From the NCBI GenBank assembly GCA_963708355.1, contig CAVPSK010000017.1, positions 30,030 through 94,029 on the forward strand: DNA of 64,000 nucleotides, read 5' to 3'. The notes below the pieces were generated by a model that saw only the letters and a program-made list of their open reading frames with translations, made no database searches and was not told the origin of the DNA. This DNA is from an uncultured Thermoleophilia bacterium. GTDB lineage: Bacteria > Actinomycetota > Thermoleophilia > Gaiellales > Gaiellaceae. Of this stretch, positions 18,518-27,582 are shown piece after piece. The translations under genes were made by a program, and so were the position numbers. How positions within the stretch are numbered: position 1 is the stretch's first letter; each line of letters begins with the position of its first letter.

Positions 18518-18558
18518 CGAATCGGTGCCAGGCACCGTGGTGCCTGGCACCGATTCGC
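18517..18558. repeat. 42-nt palindrome containing copy 2 of the 28-nt repeat; bidirectional terminator
   Basis: GCGAATCGGTGCCAGGCACC-GT-GGTGCCTGGCACCGATTCGC lies exactly between the hisA stop (18517) and the convergent gene's stop (18561). Confidence 0.75.
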
Positions 18559-18560
18559 CG

Positions 18561-19316
18561 CTACGCGGTGACCAGCGCGAGGTCGGCCTGCAGCGCGGCC
18601 AGGTCGAACCCGTTCGGAGCCTTTCCCGCGTTCAGGAAGTCGGTCGAGAGGATTCCGTACACCTCGTCGACGTAACGCTCCCAGAACTCCCAGGTCACCC
18701 GCTGCAGCCTGCCCCACGTGATGACGGTGACCCCTCCGTCGTCGTAGCGCACGACATCGATCGCGTGACCGCCCCACGAGCCGGGCTTCGCCGGCCCCGT
18801 GAGCGACCCGGTCCAGTCCCACACCTCCTGGTCTCGCGCGGTGAGCGGCAGGTCGACTCCGAGATAGAGGCCGCCGAACAACCACGCGGCCGTGCGCGCG
18901 AGCGCGTGGTCGTGCACCGGCACGCGCGCGAACGCACCGATCGAATGACGTCCGATTCCGTGCCGCCGCCAGTAGTTGAGGACGTCGATCACAACGGCCC
19001 CCTCCTCCCCGCTCGCCGGATCCACCTGCTTCACGGCGTCGAACGCGCTCAGCACGGCACGCTCGGAGATCTCGACGGCCTGTCCGTGGCTCTCCGCGGT
19101 CCAGGCTTCGATCATGTGCCCGGCGGCCGCGATCGTGCAGTCGCCGATCCGGTCGTTCGCGTACATCGGCCAGTCGGCGACCCGATCGGAGAGATCGAGC
19201 GTCGGCGGCGGCGCGGGCAGCTTCGCCCGGTCGATGTAGCGCTCGACGCGCAGCGTGCGCACGTCGGTGCGGACGGGCAGCTTGCCGAGCTTGCCGAGCA
19301 GCGTTGCGGTGGTCAT
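18561..19316 (-). CDS. hypothetical protein, papain-like cysteine peptidase signature
   Basis: The ATG at 19316 follows AGGGAGGG. NDRIGDCTIAAAGHMIE is a candidate Cys nucleophile and SWGGHAIDVV a candidate His. The assignment rests on motifs only. Confidence 0.5.
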   Translation of the reverse strand: MTTATLLGKLGKLPVRTDVRTLRVERYIDRAKLPAPPPTLDLSDRVADWPMYANDRIGDCTIAAAGHMIEAWTAESHGQAVEISERAVLSAFDAVKQVDPASGEEGAVVIDVLNYWRRHGIGRHSIGAFARVPVHDHALARTAAWLFGGLYLGVDLPLTARDQEVWDWTGSLTGPAKPGSWGGHAIDVVRYDDGGVTVITWGRLQRVTWEFWERYVDEVYGILSTDFLNAGKAPNGFDLAALQADLALVTA

Positions 19317-19401
19317 CACGGCCCTCCCTGTTGGCGATTGATCGAGAGCCGCAGTGACCGCAGTCGCCGCCCCGCGAGTCTGACTCGACGGCAGCCGGCG
19401 G

Positions 19402-20616
19402 TCAAGCCGCGTCGGCCGCCCACGCCGCGAGCAGGCCACGGTAGTGACCGACGAAGTGCTCGTGCTCGTGGGTCGGGAAGGTGGAACGAACGGTGCTCAC
19501 GAGCACCTGGTCGAACTCGGGCGACGTGAACCACTCGTGCGCGACCTCGTCGAGGTGGCCGAGATGGCGCTCGCAGAAGTCGCGGTAGGCGTCGACCTGG
19601 AAGTACTCGTCCGCGAGCTCCCGGTAGCGCGTGAGCTTCGATTCGTAGTCGAGCTCCGGGTCGTCGCCGATGTCGAAGTAGTCCCGCGAGTTCTGGTTGA
19701 TCCGCATCTCGCGCCGCGTGCAGATGCAGAAGGCGGACCAGCGGACGAGCGCCTTGATCGCCCACGGGAAGTAGTAGTGCAGTGACGTCACCGCGACGTC
19801 CGGTGACGCGTTCGCGTAGTCGATCGGGTACGCGACTCCGTGCTTGACGATCGTCTCGCACGAGTTGAACTCCCAGCGGAAGAACGCGTTCACGAGCCGC
19901 GAGATGGTGACGATCTCGTCGCCGAGCTCGGGCGAGAGGAAGTCGTGGCGCACCTGGTAGCGGTCGTGCATCGGCCGCGACGGGTCGAACCACATCGACA
20001 TCGTCTCCGCGCCGATCGACAGCGAGCGCACGAACACGTCGAACCCCTCGACCGCCCCCTGCAGGTGCATCATCCGCTCGCCCGAGTCGTCGTACTGCCG
20101 CCGCAGCTCTTCGGCCGAGCCGACGCGCGAAACGCCGATCCACTGGCCGCCGTCGAACGGCTTCATGAAGAGCGGGTAGCCGACCTCGCTACCGATGCGC
20201 TCGAGCTCGAACGGCGCGTTGTAGCGCTCGGCGGTCGGCTCGAAGCGCGGGTTGGCGGGCGGCACCTTGTGCGGGATCAGCCAGGTGTCCGGCACGCGGA
20301 TGCCGAGGCGCATCATCGCGCAGTAGGCGGAGTGCTTCTCCATCGCCTGGAACGTGAACGGGTTGTTGAGGAGATAGACGTCGTCCATCAGCGAGACCTT
20401 CTTCAGCCAGGCGCGCGGAAGGTCGTACCACCAGGCGAGGCGGTCGATCACGAGCCCGAACCGGGGCACCGACCGCAGGTCGAACGGCTCGTTGAGGATC
20501 CGCTCGGTGCGCAGCGTGTGGCCGTCGACCGGACCGAGCCGTTCGACGAGCGCTTCGAAGGCGGCCGGCCAGTCCTCCTCCGTGCCCAGCAGCAGTCCTA
20601 CGAGAGCGTTAGACAA
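19402..20616 (-). CDS. ATP-grasp family protein (start uncertain)
   Basis: VYLLNNPFTFQAMEKHSAYCAMMRLGIRVPDTWLIPHK...GYPLFMKPFDGGQWIGVSRV...ETMSMWFDP...NSCETIVK is a typical ATP-grasp core. It has a long helical C-terminal extension. The TTG at 20616 is the nearest start. Confidence 0.7.
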   Translation of the reverse strand: MSNALVGLLLGTEEDWPAAFEALVERLGPVDGHTLRTERILNEPFDLRSVPRFGLVIDRLAWWYDLPRAWLKKVSLMDDVYLLNNPFTFQAMEKHSAYCAMMRLGIRVPDTWLIPHKVPPANPRFEPTAERYNAPFELERIGSEVGYPLFMKPFDGGQWIGVSRVGSAEELRRQYDDSGERMMHLQGAVEGFDVFVRSLSIGAETMSMWFDPSRPMHDRYQVRHDFLSPELGDEIVTISRLVNAFFRWEFNSCETIVKHGVAYPIDYANASPDVAVTSLHYYFPWAIKALVRWSAFCICTRREMRINQNSRDYFDIGDDPELDYESKLTRYRELADEYFQVDAYRDFCERHLGHLDEVAHEWFTSPEFDQVLVSTVRSTFPTHEHEHFVGHYRGLLAAWAADAA

Positions 20617-21328
20617 GGCGAGGCAGATGATGAGCGATCTGGCGTCGCCACGACGGCCAGTCGTGCGGCACGTCGTGGCCCCACAGGTCGACCTCGCAGC
20701 GGATCTCCTTCGACTGGAGCAGCGCGCCGAAGCTCCTCGTCGACTCGAGCGCGCCCGTCGTGTCCTCCCATCGGCCCTGCCCGCACACGAGCAGGATCGA
20801 GACGCGGCCGCGCAGCCAGTCGAGGTGATCGCCGTGGAGGTGGACGACGTAGTCGGCCGGGTTCGAGAAGTAGACGGCGTCGCCACGCTCTCCCCCACCC
20901 TGCACCGCCACGTCGTAGACGCCGCTCAGCCCCAGCGCGAGCGGGAACACGTCGGCGTGCTTGAGACAGAAGTTGACGGCGTGGTACGCGCCGAACGAGC
21001 AGCCCGTCGAGGAGACCTCGTGCGTGCTGCAGTCGGTCTGCACGAACGGCACGAGCTGCTCCATCACCCAGCGCTCGTACATGCCGTGGCGTCGCGCGCG
21101 CTCCTCGAGCGAAAGGTCGCCCCGGGTCCAGCTCTCCCGGTCGTACGAGGGCGCGCAGTACAGCTTGAGACGGCCGGCCTCGAGCAGCGGCGCGACCGCG
21201 TCGACCATGCCGCGGCTCTCCCAGTCCCAGGCCTCGCCGTTCTCCGACGGAAAGGCGACCACCGGGCGCCCCCAGTGGCCGTACGCGATCAGCGCGCCGC
21301 CGTCGAGCGTGATCTCGCGGCGGTCCAC
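20609..21328 (-). CDS. esterase-D/putative esterase family alpha/beta hydrolase
   Basis: The GTG at 21328 is 1 nt after the upstream stop. GxSxG is present as GCSFG, and the C-terminal part carries HDWPSW. Confidence 0.7.
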   Translation of the reverse strand: MDRREITLDGGALIAYGHWGRPVVAFPSENGEAWDWESRGMVDAVAPLLEAGRLKLYCAPSYDRESWTRGDLSLEERARRHGMYERWVMEQLVPFVQTDCSTHEVSSTGCSFGAYHAVNFCLKHADVFPLALGLSGVYDVAVQGGGERGDAVYFSNPADYVVHLHGDHLDWLRGRVSILLVCGQGRWEDTTGALESTRSFGALLQSKEIRCEVDLWGHDVPHDWPSWRRQIAHHLPRLV

Positions 21329-21329
21329 G

Positions 21330-22307
21330 TCAGACGGCCCCGAGCACGTCGGCGAGCCCCGGCTCGAACGCGTCACGCCAGCACGTCCACGTATGCGCGT
21401 CGCGGATCTCGCGGAGCCGCGCGGGGTAGCCGTGCGCGCGCAGGGCCTCGGCCACCGCGCGGTTGTTCTGCAGGTTCTCCTCGGCCGTGCCGCAGCTGAA
21501 GCCGACCGGGATCGGGCGCGGCGCTCCCTCGCCTCGCAGCACGGTCCCGACGAACCGGGTGATGCGCCGGTAGCGGCCGAAGCTCGATTCGACCTTGTCC
21601 CAGCGCTGGCGGAAGTAGCTGCCCGACTGGAGGAACAGGCCGTCGAATGTCTTCGGATGACGCGCGTGCGCGTGCAGCATCGCCAGCGCCCCGAGGCTGG
21701 CCCCCATCCCGACGCGGGGCCCGTGCGCGACGTGCCGGCGAAGCTCGGGGAGCAGCTCGCGCACGAGCGCGGCGGAGTACAGCGCCGAGGCCGAGTACGT
21801 CTCGTTGCGGTCGACCGGGTCGAGGAGCGCCGCGGTGAGCGGAGGGATGCGGCCGGCCGCGAATGCAGAGTCGAGGTAGCGCGTCAGTGACGCGTACCGC
21901 GCGAACTCCGGGCCGTCGTGCACGACGAGGAGGGGCGCGGTGTCTCCCGGCTTGCCCGGCGTGCGGTACAGCAGCACCGGCACGCGAGCGACGAGCCTCC
22001 GGCTACGCAGCTCGAGCCAGTCCGCCGGGCCGGCCGCGGCGTCCGTCTCGAGCCAGGCGGGCGGCACGTACTCCGGCCACTCGACCACCGACTTGTCGCC
22101 GAAGGGCCCGCCGGCGCGGCGCGGGTTCGCCGGGTCGGGCTCGAACCGCCCGTCGATCCCGAGCAGGTACTCGAGCCGGTCGACCGCGGGCCGCTCGAAC
22201 CGGAGCCGCCAGACGCCGTCCTGCCAGCGGAACGGCGGCCCCGGTCGCGGCCGCACGAGCTCCTGGCCGAGCTCGACGACGCCGAAGCGCCGCTCGTGGT
22301 CGGGCAC
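21330..22307 (-). CDS. enterochelin-esterase-like alpha/beta hydrolase with N-terminal Ig-like domain
   Basis: N-terminal beta domain (FRWQDGVWRLRFERP...EYLLGIDG...DPANP). Then LLVVHDGPEF, GMGASLGALAM (GxSxG) and DAHTW. Confidence 0.7.
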   Translation of the reverse strand: MPDHERRFGVVELGQELVRPRPGPPFRWQDGVWRLRFERPAVDRLEYLLGIDGRFEPDPANPRRAGGPFGDKSVVEWPEYVPPAWLETDAAAGPADWLELRSRRLVARVPVLLYRTPGKPGDTAPLLVVHDGPEFARYASLTRYLDSAFAAGRIPPLTAALLDPVDRNETYSASALYSAALVRELLPELRRHVAHGPRVGMGASLGALAMLHAHARHPKTFDGLFLQSGSYFRQRWDKVESSFGRYRRITRFVGTVLRGEGAPRPIPVGFSCGTAEENLQNNRAVAEALRAHGYPARLREIRDAHTWTCWRDAFEPGLADVLGAV

Positions 22308-22400
22308 CGCGAAGTCGACCGCGCCGGGAAGCGTGCGCGGCGACGGGTCGACCGTCTCGGGTGCCGTTGCAGACGTAAGGCCGATCTTCGCTGCTGCGGC

Positions 22401-23453
22401 TCAGCGCCGCTTCGCCCGCTGCTCGCGCGCCCGGATCTTGTAGCTCCGCACCTCCTCTCGCCGCAGCCGGTGGTCCCGCCGCACCTCGAGCGCCCGCAGC
22501 TCCCGCTCGAGCGCCCGATAGCTCGCCCAACGCTCGGCCGAGAGCGAGCCGTCGAGCAGCGCCTCGCCGATCGCGCACCCGGGCTCCGTTTGGTGCGAGC
22601 AGTCGGAGAAGCGACAGCGCGCCGCGATCTCCTCGACGTCGCCGAACGCCTGCTCGAGGTCTCCGTCCCAGAGGCGGAGCTCGCGGATCCCGGGCGTGTC
22701 GAGCACGACGCCGCCGTCCGGGAGCAGAACGAGCTCCCGGCGCGTCGTCGTGTGCCGGCCGCGGTGGTCGTCGGCGCGCACCTCCTGCGTCTCGAGCAGC
22801 TCCGCGCCGACGAGCGTGTTGACGAGCGTCGACTTCCCGACGCCCGACGACCCGAGCAGCACCGCGGTGCGGTTGCCCGTGAACCAGGCGCGGACCTCGT
22901 CGAGCCCCTCGCCCGTCTGGGCCGAGACCGGGTGCACAGGGCACGCGCCCACCGTCACCGCCTCGACCTCGGCCAGGTGGCCCGCGAGCTCGTCGACCAG
23001 GTCGACCTTGGTCAGGAGGACGACAGGCTGAGCGCCGCTCTCCCACACCATCGTCAGGTAGCGCTCGAGCCTGCGGGCGTTGACGTCGAGCGGCAGGCCC
23101 TGCAGCAGGAAGGCGACGTCCACGTTCGCCGCGAGCACCTGCTCGCGGGTCGCTTGCCACGCCTCCTTGCGGGAGAGGACCGTGCGGCGCGGCAGCAGCG
23201 CGTCCACAAGTCCCGACTCCGGATCGAGCCCGACCCAGTCGCCGACCGCCGGCAGCCCTTCCTCGCGCATGAGGCGCGCACTTGCGCTCACGCGGGTGGT
23301 GCCGGTGTCGTCGGCGACGTCGTACGCGCCCCGGTGCTGGATCGCGACGCGGGCGGGCGCAAGGCCCGCGGCGCGGTGCTCGGTGAATGCAGCCTCCCAG
23401 TCGTCGTCCCAGCCGAGACGGCGCAGAGGCGTATCCGTGCTTGCAACTGTCAA
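22401..23453 (-). CDS. rsgA: ribosome small subunit-dependent GTPase A
   Basis: Circularly permuted GTPase: LLTKVDL, GSSGVGKSTLVN, RGRHTTT, DTPG. Zn cluster: CRFSDCSHQTEPGCA. Confidence 0.9.
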   Translation of the reverse strand: MTVASTDTPLRRLGWDDDWEAAFTEHRAAGLAPARVAIQHRGAYDVADDTGTTRVSASARLMREEGLPAVGDWVGLDPESGLVDALLPRRTVLSRKEAWQATREQVLAANVDVAFLLQGLPLDVNARRLERYLTMVWESGAQPVVLLTKVDLVDELAGHLAEVEAVTVGACPVHPVSAQTGEGLDEVRAWFTGNRTAVLLGSSGVGKSTLVNTLVGAELLETQEVRADDHRGRHTTTRRELVLLPDGGVVLDTPGIRELRLWDGDLEQAFGDVEEIAARCRFSDCSHQTEPGCAIGEALLDGSLSAERWASYRALERELRALEVRRDHRLRREEVRSYKIRAREQRAKRR

Positions 23454-23658
23454 CTGAAGCTCCTTGTTGAACGTGATCGGTGTACGGGCGGCGCGCCCGT
23501 CACCGGCCTGCGTTCAGGAGCAGGTGCGACGGGCGGCGGCGCGGGGCTCGCGAGACGCATGGACAGCCTTCATTTCCGCACCACCTCCTCGTCGACGTCT
23601 GGACAGCCCATTGTGCGGCCGCGCCGCGATTTCCGCAAGTCCCGCTACCTTCGGCGGG

Positions 23659-23997
23659 GTGCGCCCGGGCGCCCTCGCCGTGCTCGTCCTCGCGTTGGCC
23701 GCCTGCGGCGGGCCCTCGCACACGACGGTCGCCGACTGCCTCGACGATGCGGGCTTCCTCGTCTCCGGCTCGGGGACGGAGGTGCGCGGGACGTCGCCGG
23801 GCGGCGTGGGCTTCACGCTGAGGCTGTACGCGAGCCCTGCCGCCGCGAAGCAGGCGGCATCGCGGCTCGAGCCGGCGACGACGGCGGTCGCCGTGAGCGG
23901 CGTCGTCGACTGGCGGGGGAATCCATCACCTTCGGCCCACCTCACGCGGGCCGAGCTCCGCTCCGTCGAGCGGTGCGTCACCCGGGCGACCGGGTGA
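23659..23997 (+). CDS. lipoprotein
   Basis: The GTG start gives VRPGALAVLVLALAACGGPSH (lipobox LAAC). The upstream part of the ORF is Arg-rich shadow. Confidence 0.55.
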   Translation: MRPGALAVLVLALAACGGPSHTTVADCLDDAGFLVSGSGTEVRGTSPGGVGFTLRLYASPAAAKQAASRLEPATTAVAVSGVVDWRGNPSPSAHLTRAELRSVERCVTRATG

Positions 23998-24010
23998 GGC
24001 TGGGTAAACT

Positions 24011-24103
24011 GCGCCCGCCCGCGGCGCGGTGAGGTTCCGAACCGGGTCAGATCCGGGAGGAAGCAGCCCTAAGGATCCCTCACCGGTGCCGCGGCCTAGG
24101 CGC
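24011..24103 (+). ncRNA. ffs: signal recognition particle RNA (small/4.5S type)
   Basis: Domain IV core GGGUCAGAUCCGGGAGGAAGCAGCCC with a GNRA (GGGA) tetraloop. It is flanked by the long helix GCGGCGCGGUGAGG / CCUCACCGGUGCCGCGG. Ends are approximate. Confidence 0.85.
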
Positions 24104-24307
24104 GTTCACGTACACGAGCCGAATCTTGTCGTTTTCCAGGGGTTTCAGTGTTTCGAGAGAGGCCGGCGCATCCGCTGTGATCCGCTGAAGTCCGCCTGAG
24201 ACTGGCGCGCGCTGGCGCACAACTGGCGCGCACCTCCCCGCCGTCGCTGGGGCCGAGCGGGGCCAGCGTCCGGGTGCATCACCCGAACACTGGCCACGGC
24301 GCATCCT

Positions 24308-24673
24308 CTAGCTGCTTCGCGCGTACTCCTCGGCAGCCTTCGGCGCGAACTCGTACCCGACGAACGCCTCGCCGCCGACAACCTCGGCGTCATGGCCGGG
24401 CTCGATCACATAGGCCTCGCCGGCGCCGATCTCCAAGACGGATCCATCCTCGTGGCTCACGCGCATCCGTCCCGACTGCGCGACACCGACGTGTCTGTGC
24501 TGACAACTGTCCGTACCGGCCACCGGCTTCACGCACTCAGACCAACTCCAACCAGGCTCGAGCGTCAATCGGGCCGCGGTCGTTCCGCCCAGGTGCACGA
24601 TGTCCGATCGTGTCCTGTCGGGCGTCCGCGTCTCGTCCGGCGAGTCGAAGTGCCGCTTCTCGACACCTGCCAT
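24308..24673 (-). CDS. cupin domain protein
   Basis: 121 aa. GWSWSECVKP...CQHRHVGVAQSGRMRVSHEDGS...GEAYVIEPGHDA has a cupin-like two-motif pattern. Confidence 0.7.
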   Translation of the reverse strand: MAGVEKRHFDSPDETRTPDRTRSDIVHLGGTTAARLTLEPGWSWSECVKPVAGTDSCQHRHVGVAQSGRMRVSHEDGSVLEIGAGEAYVIEPGHDAEVVGGEAFVGYEFAPKAAEEYARSS

Positions 24674-24817
24674 CGAAAACCTCCACGGTGAGGGTGTGGT
24701 GCCTACCTGCGTTGCCGCCCAGGACCCTGGGCTTCGTCCGACGTCGGCACCGCTTCCGGATTCTCGTGCGTCCGCTCACCGCCAGTCAACTCAGCCGAAG
24801 GCGAGGGGCATCGGTCG

Positions 24818-25342
24818 TTACACGCGATCGAACTCGCGCTCCACTTCCGCCACAAGCTCGAGGTGGAGGTCGAGCAGGCCATGGAGGAACTGGCACGCGA
24901 GCAGCAGGTACTTCGCGCGGTGTGGCAGCTCGCGCGCTGAGCGCTCGCTCTCCGCGAGCCGGTGCCGAAGGTCGTCGATATCTCCGCGGAGAGTGAGCAG
25001 GCTCTCCCGCGTGGCGGGTTCCCCGACGAGGTCGCAGATGAGCAGCCGAAGGAGCGCATCGCTCTTGAGTGGAGTCACGGTGACCGGACTTCGTGCGTGG
25101 GCCGTGAGCGCCTCCCGCCCCTTGGCCGTCAGCCGGTAGACCGTCCGCGAGCGCGTTCGGCCGGGCTCCTTCCGAGCAGACAGGTAGCCGAGCTCCGCGA
25201 GCCGCTTCGGCTCGGTGTAGTACTGGCTCTCCCCCGCCCACGCGAGCAGCCGGCCGCGCTTCGCCAGTCGCAGCAGGTCGTGCGCGCCCGACGCCGCCCT
25301 CGCCCGCACGGGGCTCGAGCCGGGCTGGCGCGTGCTCGACAT
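24818..25342 (-). CDS. PadR-family transcriptional regulator (N-terminus atypical)
   Basis: WAGESQYYTEPKRLAELGYLSARKEPGRTRSRTVYRLTAKGREAL is the recognition helix and wing. A C-terminal helical domain follows. The first 20 or so residues lack the usual hydrophobic helix 1. Confidence 0.7.
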   Translation of the reverse strand: MSSTRQPGSSPVRARAASGAHDLLRLAKRGRLLAWAGESQYYTEPKRLAELGYLSARKEPGRTRSRTVYRLTAKGREALTAHARSPVTVTPLKSDALLRLLICDLVGEPATRESLLTLRGDIDDLRHRLAESERSARELPHRAKYLLLACQFLHGLLDLHLELVAEVEREFDRV

Positions 25343-25982
25343 CGGCTGCGGCGCCGGCGCATTCCTGCGCCTGGTCGCCGACCGCGGCGGTCAGGCGCAC
25401 GGCCTCGATGCATCGGAGGCGCTGATCGGCTTCGCCCGAACACGCCTGCCGGAGGCCGACCTTCGCATCGGTGAGATGGAGGAGCTGGCCTGGGACGACG
25501 ACACCTTCGACCTCGTCACCGGCTTCAACTGCTTCTTCTTCGCCAACGACATGGTCGCCGCCCTCCGCGAAGCGAAGCGCGTCGCGAGACCGGGCGCGCC
25601 CGTCGTCATCCAGGTCTGGGGCGCGCACGAGCGCTGCGACCTCGAGGCGATGAAGCAGATCGCCCGACCATTCCTGCCTCCACGCCCCGCCGACGCACCA
25701 CCCGACCCGGACCTCTCGCAGCCGGGCCTGCTCCGGGACCTGGCACTCCAGGCCGGCCTCGCTCCCGAGCACGAGTTTGACGCGACCTGGGCCTTCGTCT
25801 ACCCCGACGTCGACACCCTCGGTCGCGCCATGACCGCCGTGGCCGGTCTCGCAGTGATCGTCGGTCCAGAACGTGAGCACGAGCTCAGGGAGGCGATCGT
25901 CGCCGGCCTCGCGCGTTACCGAAGAGCCGACGGCAGCTACCGGCTCTCGAACGAGTACCACTACCTGATCGCCCGAGCTTGA
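25332..25982 (+). CDS. class I SAM-dependent methyltransferase (5' end apparently truncated)
   Basis: It starts at motif I (VLDIGCGAGAF), then GLDASEA, FDLVTGFNCFFF, RVARPGAPVVIQVW. The usual 30-40 residues before motif I are absent. Confidence 0.75.
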   Translation: MLDIGCGAGAFLRLVADRGGQAHGLDASEALIGFARTRLPEADLRIGEMEELAWDDDTFDLVTGFNCFFFANDMVAALREAKRVARPGAPVVIQVWGAHERCDLEAMKQIARPFLPPRPADAPPDPDLSQPGLLRDLALQAGLAPEHEFDATWAFVYPDVDTLGRAMTAVAGLAVIVGPEREHELREAIVAGLARYRRADGSYRLSNEYHYLIARA

Positions 25983-26015
25983 GCTTCGGCGTGCCGTTGG
26001 TGGGCACCGTTGAAC

Positions 26016-26048
26016 CGTCGACCCCTCCTCGCCGTGAGGAGGGGTCGA
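26016..26048. terminator. hairpin between convergent genes
   Basis: GTCGACCCCTCCT-CGCCGTG-AGGAGGGGTCGAC, a perfect 13-bp stem. Confidence 0.7.
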
Positions 26049-26072
26049 CTCGCTTTCGAGTTGCGTGCGTCG

Positions 26073-27509
26073 CTATGCAGCGTCGGGTGCCGCGATGAGG
26101 GGTTCTGCCTCGGCGGTGTCGTGCCGCAGGGCGACCAGGGCGAGCAGTGCGCCGGCGGTCATGACGGCGGCTGAGGCGTAGAGGCCGATCTGGTAGCCGT
26201 CGACGAAGGCGGCGGTGTGGGTGGCGCCGCGCGAGATTGCGGCGGTCTCGCGGGAGGCGAGGATGGCGCCGGTGACAGCGATGCCGAGCGAGGCGGCGAG
26301 CTCGCGCATCGTGTTGAGGACACCCGAGGCGACGCCGCTCTTCTCGACGGGGACACGGGCGAGAACGGCACCGATGAGAGGCGTAGTCAAACCACCGCCG
26401 ACGCCGATCAGAACGAGCCCGGGAACGAGGTCCGCGAAGCCGGCGCTCTGACCCACCCGCTCGAGGACCAGGAACCCGGCGGCGCTGATGAGCATGCCGC
26501 CGCCGATCGTGGCGGCTGCTCCGACTCGCTCGACGACCTTCGCCGATGCTGGTGCGACGACGGTGATCAGGAGTGCCATCGGCACGAACACGAGTCCGGC
26601 CTTGGTTGGGGAGAAGCCGAGGATGCCCTGGACGTAGAGCGAGAGGAAGAAGTAGACGCCGAAGATGCCGAACCCGGAGATGATCTGGAGCGCGTTGCCG
26701 CTGGCGAAGGTGCGATCACGGAACAGCGCGAGCTCGAGCATCGGCGCCGGCGTTCGACGCTCGATCCAGAGGAAGGCGCCGACACCGACGGCTGAGACGG
26801 CGAGCAGACCAACGATGAGCGGCGAGGTCCAGCCGCGGCTGTTGCCCTCGATCAGCGCGTAGACGAGCGCGAGCAGCGTCGCGCCCGAGATCACGAGACC
26901 GGCGACATCGATCCGCCGCACCGCGGTCTCGTCGCGGCTCTCGGCGATCGCGGTGCGTGCGATCAGCCAGCCGACGAGGCCGACCGGGACGTTGATCCAG
27001 AAGATCCAGCTCCAGTGGAGGTGCTGGGCGATGGCCCCGCCGGTGACCGGCCCGACGGCGAAGGCGAGCGCGGAGGTGGCGGCCCAGAGGCCGATCGCCT
27101 TCCCTCGCTCCTTCGTGTCCGGGAAGGCGGCGGCGATGATCGCCAGCGTCGTTGGCGCCAGGAGCGCCGCACCCGCGCCCTGCAGACCGCGAGCCGCGAC
27201 CAGCGCCGCCTCGCTCGTCGCGAAGCCGCCAAAGAGCGAGGCGCCGGTGAAGAGCGTCAGCCCCGTCAAGAAAAGCCGTCGCCGGCCGAAGAGGTCTGCG
27301 AGGCGGCCGCCGGTCAGAAGCAGGGTGGCGAACGCGAGGATGTACGCGTTGACGACCCATTCGAGACCGCTCCTGCCGATGCCGAGGTCGCGCTGGATCG
27401 AGGGCAGGGCGACGTTCACGACCGTGTTGTCGAGCGTGGTCATGAAGATCGCGAAGGTGACGCCGATCAGCGCCCACCATTTGCGGTTACTTGGGGTTAG
27501 AGCAGGCAT
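26073..27509 (-). CDS. MFS transporter, DHA2 (EmrB/QacA, 14-TMS) drug:H+ antiporter type
   Basis: The ATG at 27509 follows AAGGAGG. Motifs: TLDNTVVNVALPSIQRDLG, GGRLADLFGRRR. 478 aa and many TM segments. Confidence 0.85.
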   Translation of the reverse strand: MPALTPSNRKWWALIGVTFAIFMTTLDNTVVNVALPSIQRDLGIGRSGLEWVVNAYILAFATLLLTGGRLADLFGRRRLFLTGLTLFTGASLFGGFATSEAALVAARGLQGAGAALLAPTTLAIIAAAFPDTKERGKAIGLWAATSALAFAVGPVTGGAIAQHLHWSWIFWINVPVGLVGWLIARTAIAESRDETAVRRIDVAGLVISGATLLALVYALIEGNSRGWTSPLIVGLLAVSAVGVGAFLWIERRTPAPMLELALFRDRTFASGNALQIISGFGIFGVYFFLSLYVQGILGFSPTKAGLVFVPMALLITVVAPASAKVVERVGAAATIGGGMLISAAGFLVLERVGQSAGFADLVPGLVLIGVGGGLTTPLIGAVLARVPVEKSGVASGVLNTMRELAASLGIAVTGAILASRETAAISRGATHTAAFVDGYQIGLYASAAVMTAGALLALVALRHDTAEAEPLIAAPDAA

Positions 27510-27524
27510 GACGCCTCCTTTACA

Positions 27525-27573
27525 CTGTAGGTCTACGATGTAGACTTGCAGAGTAGAGTATACGCCGTATACT
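27525..27573. promoter_or_regulatory. two palindromic operators in the MFS/TetR divergent promoter
   Basis: CTGTAGGTCTAC-GAT-GTAGACTTGCAG (27525-27551, 10/12 arms) and AGTATAC-GCC-GTATACT (27557-27573, perfect). Confidence 0.6.
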
Positions 27574-27582
27574 GTCAAGAGG

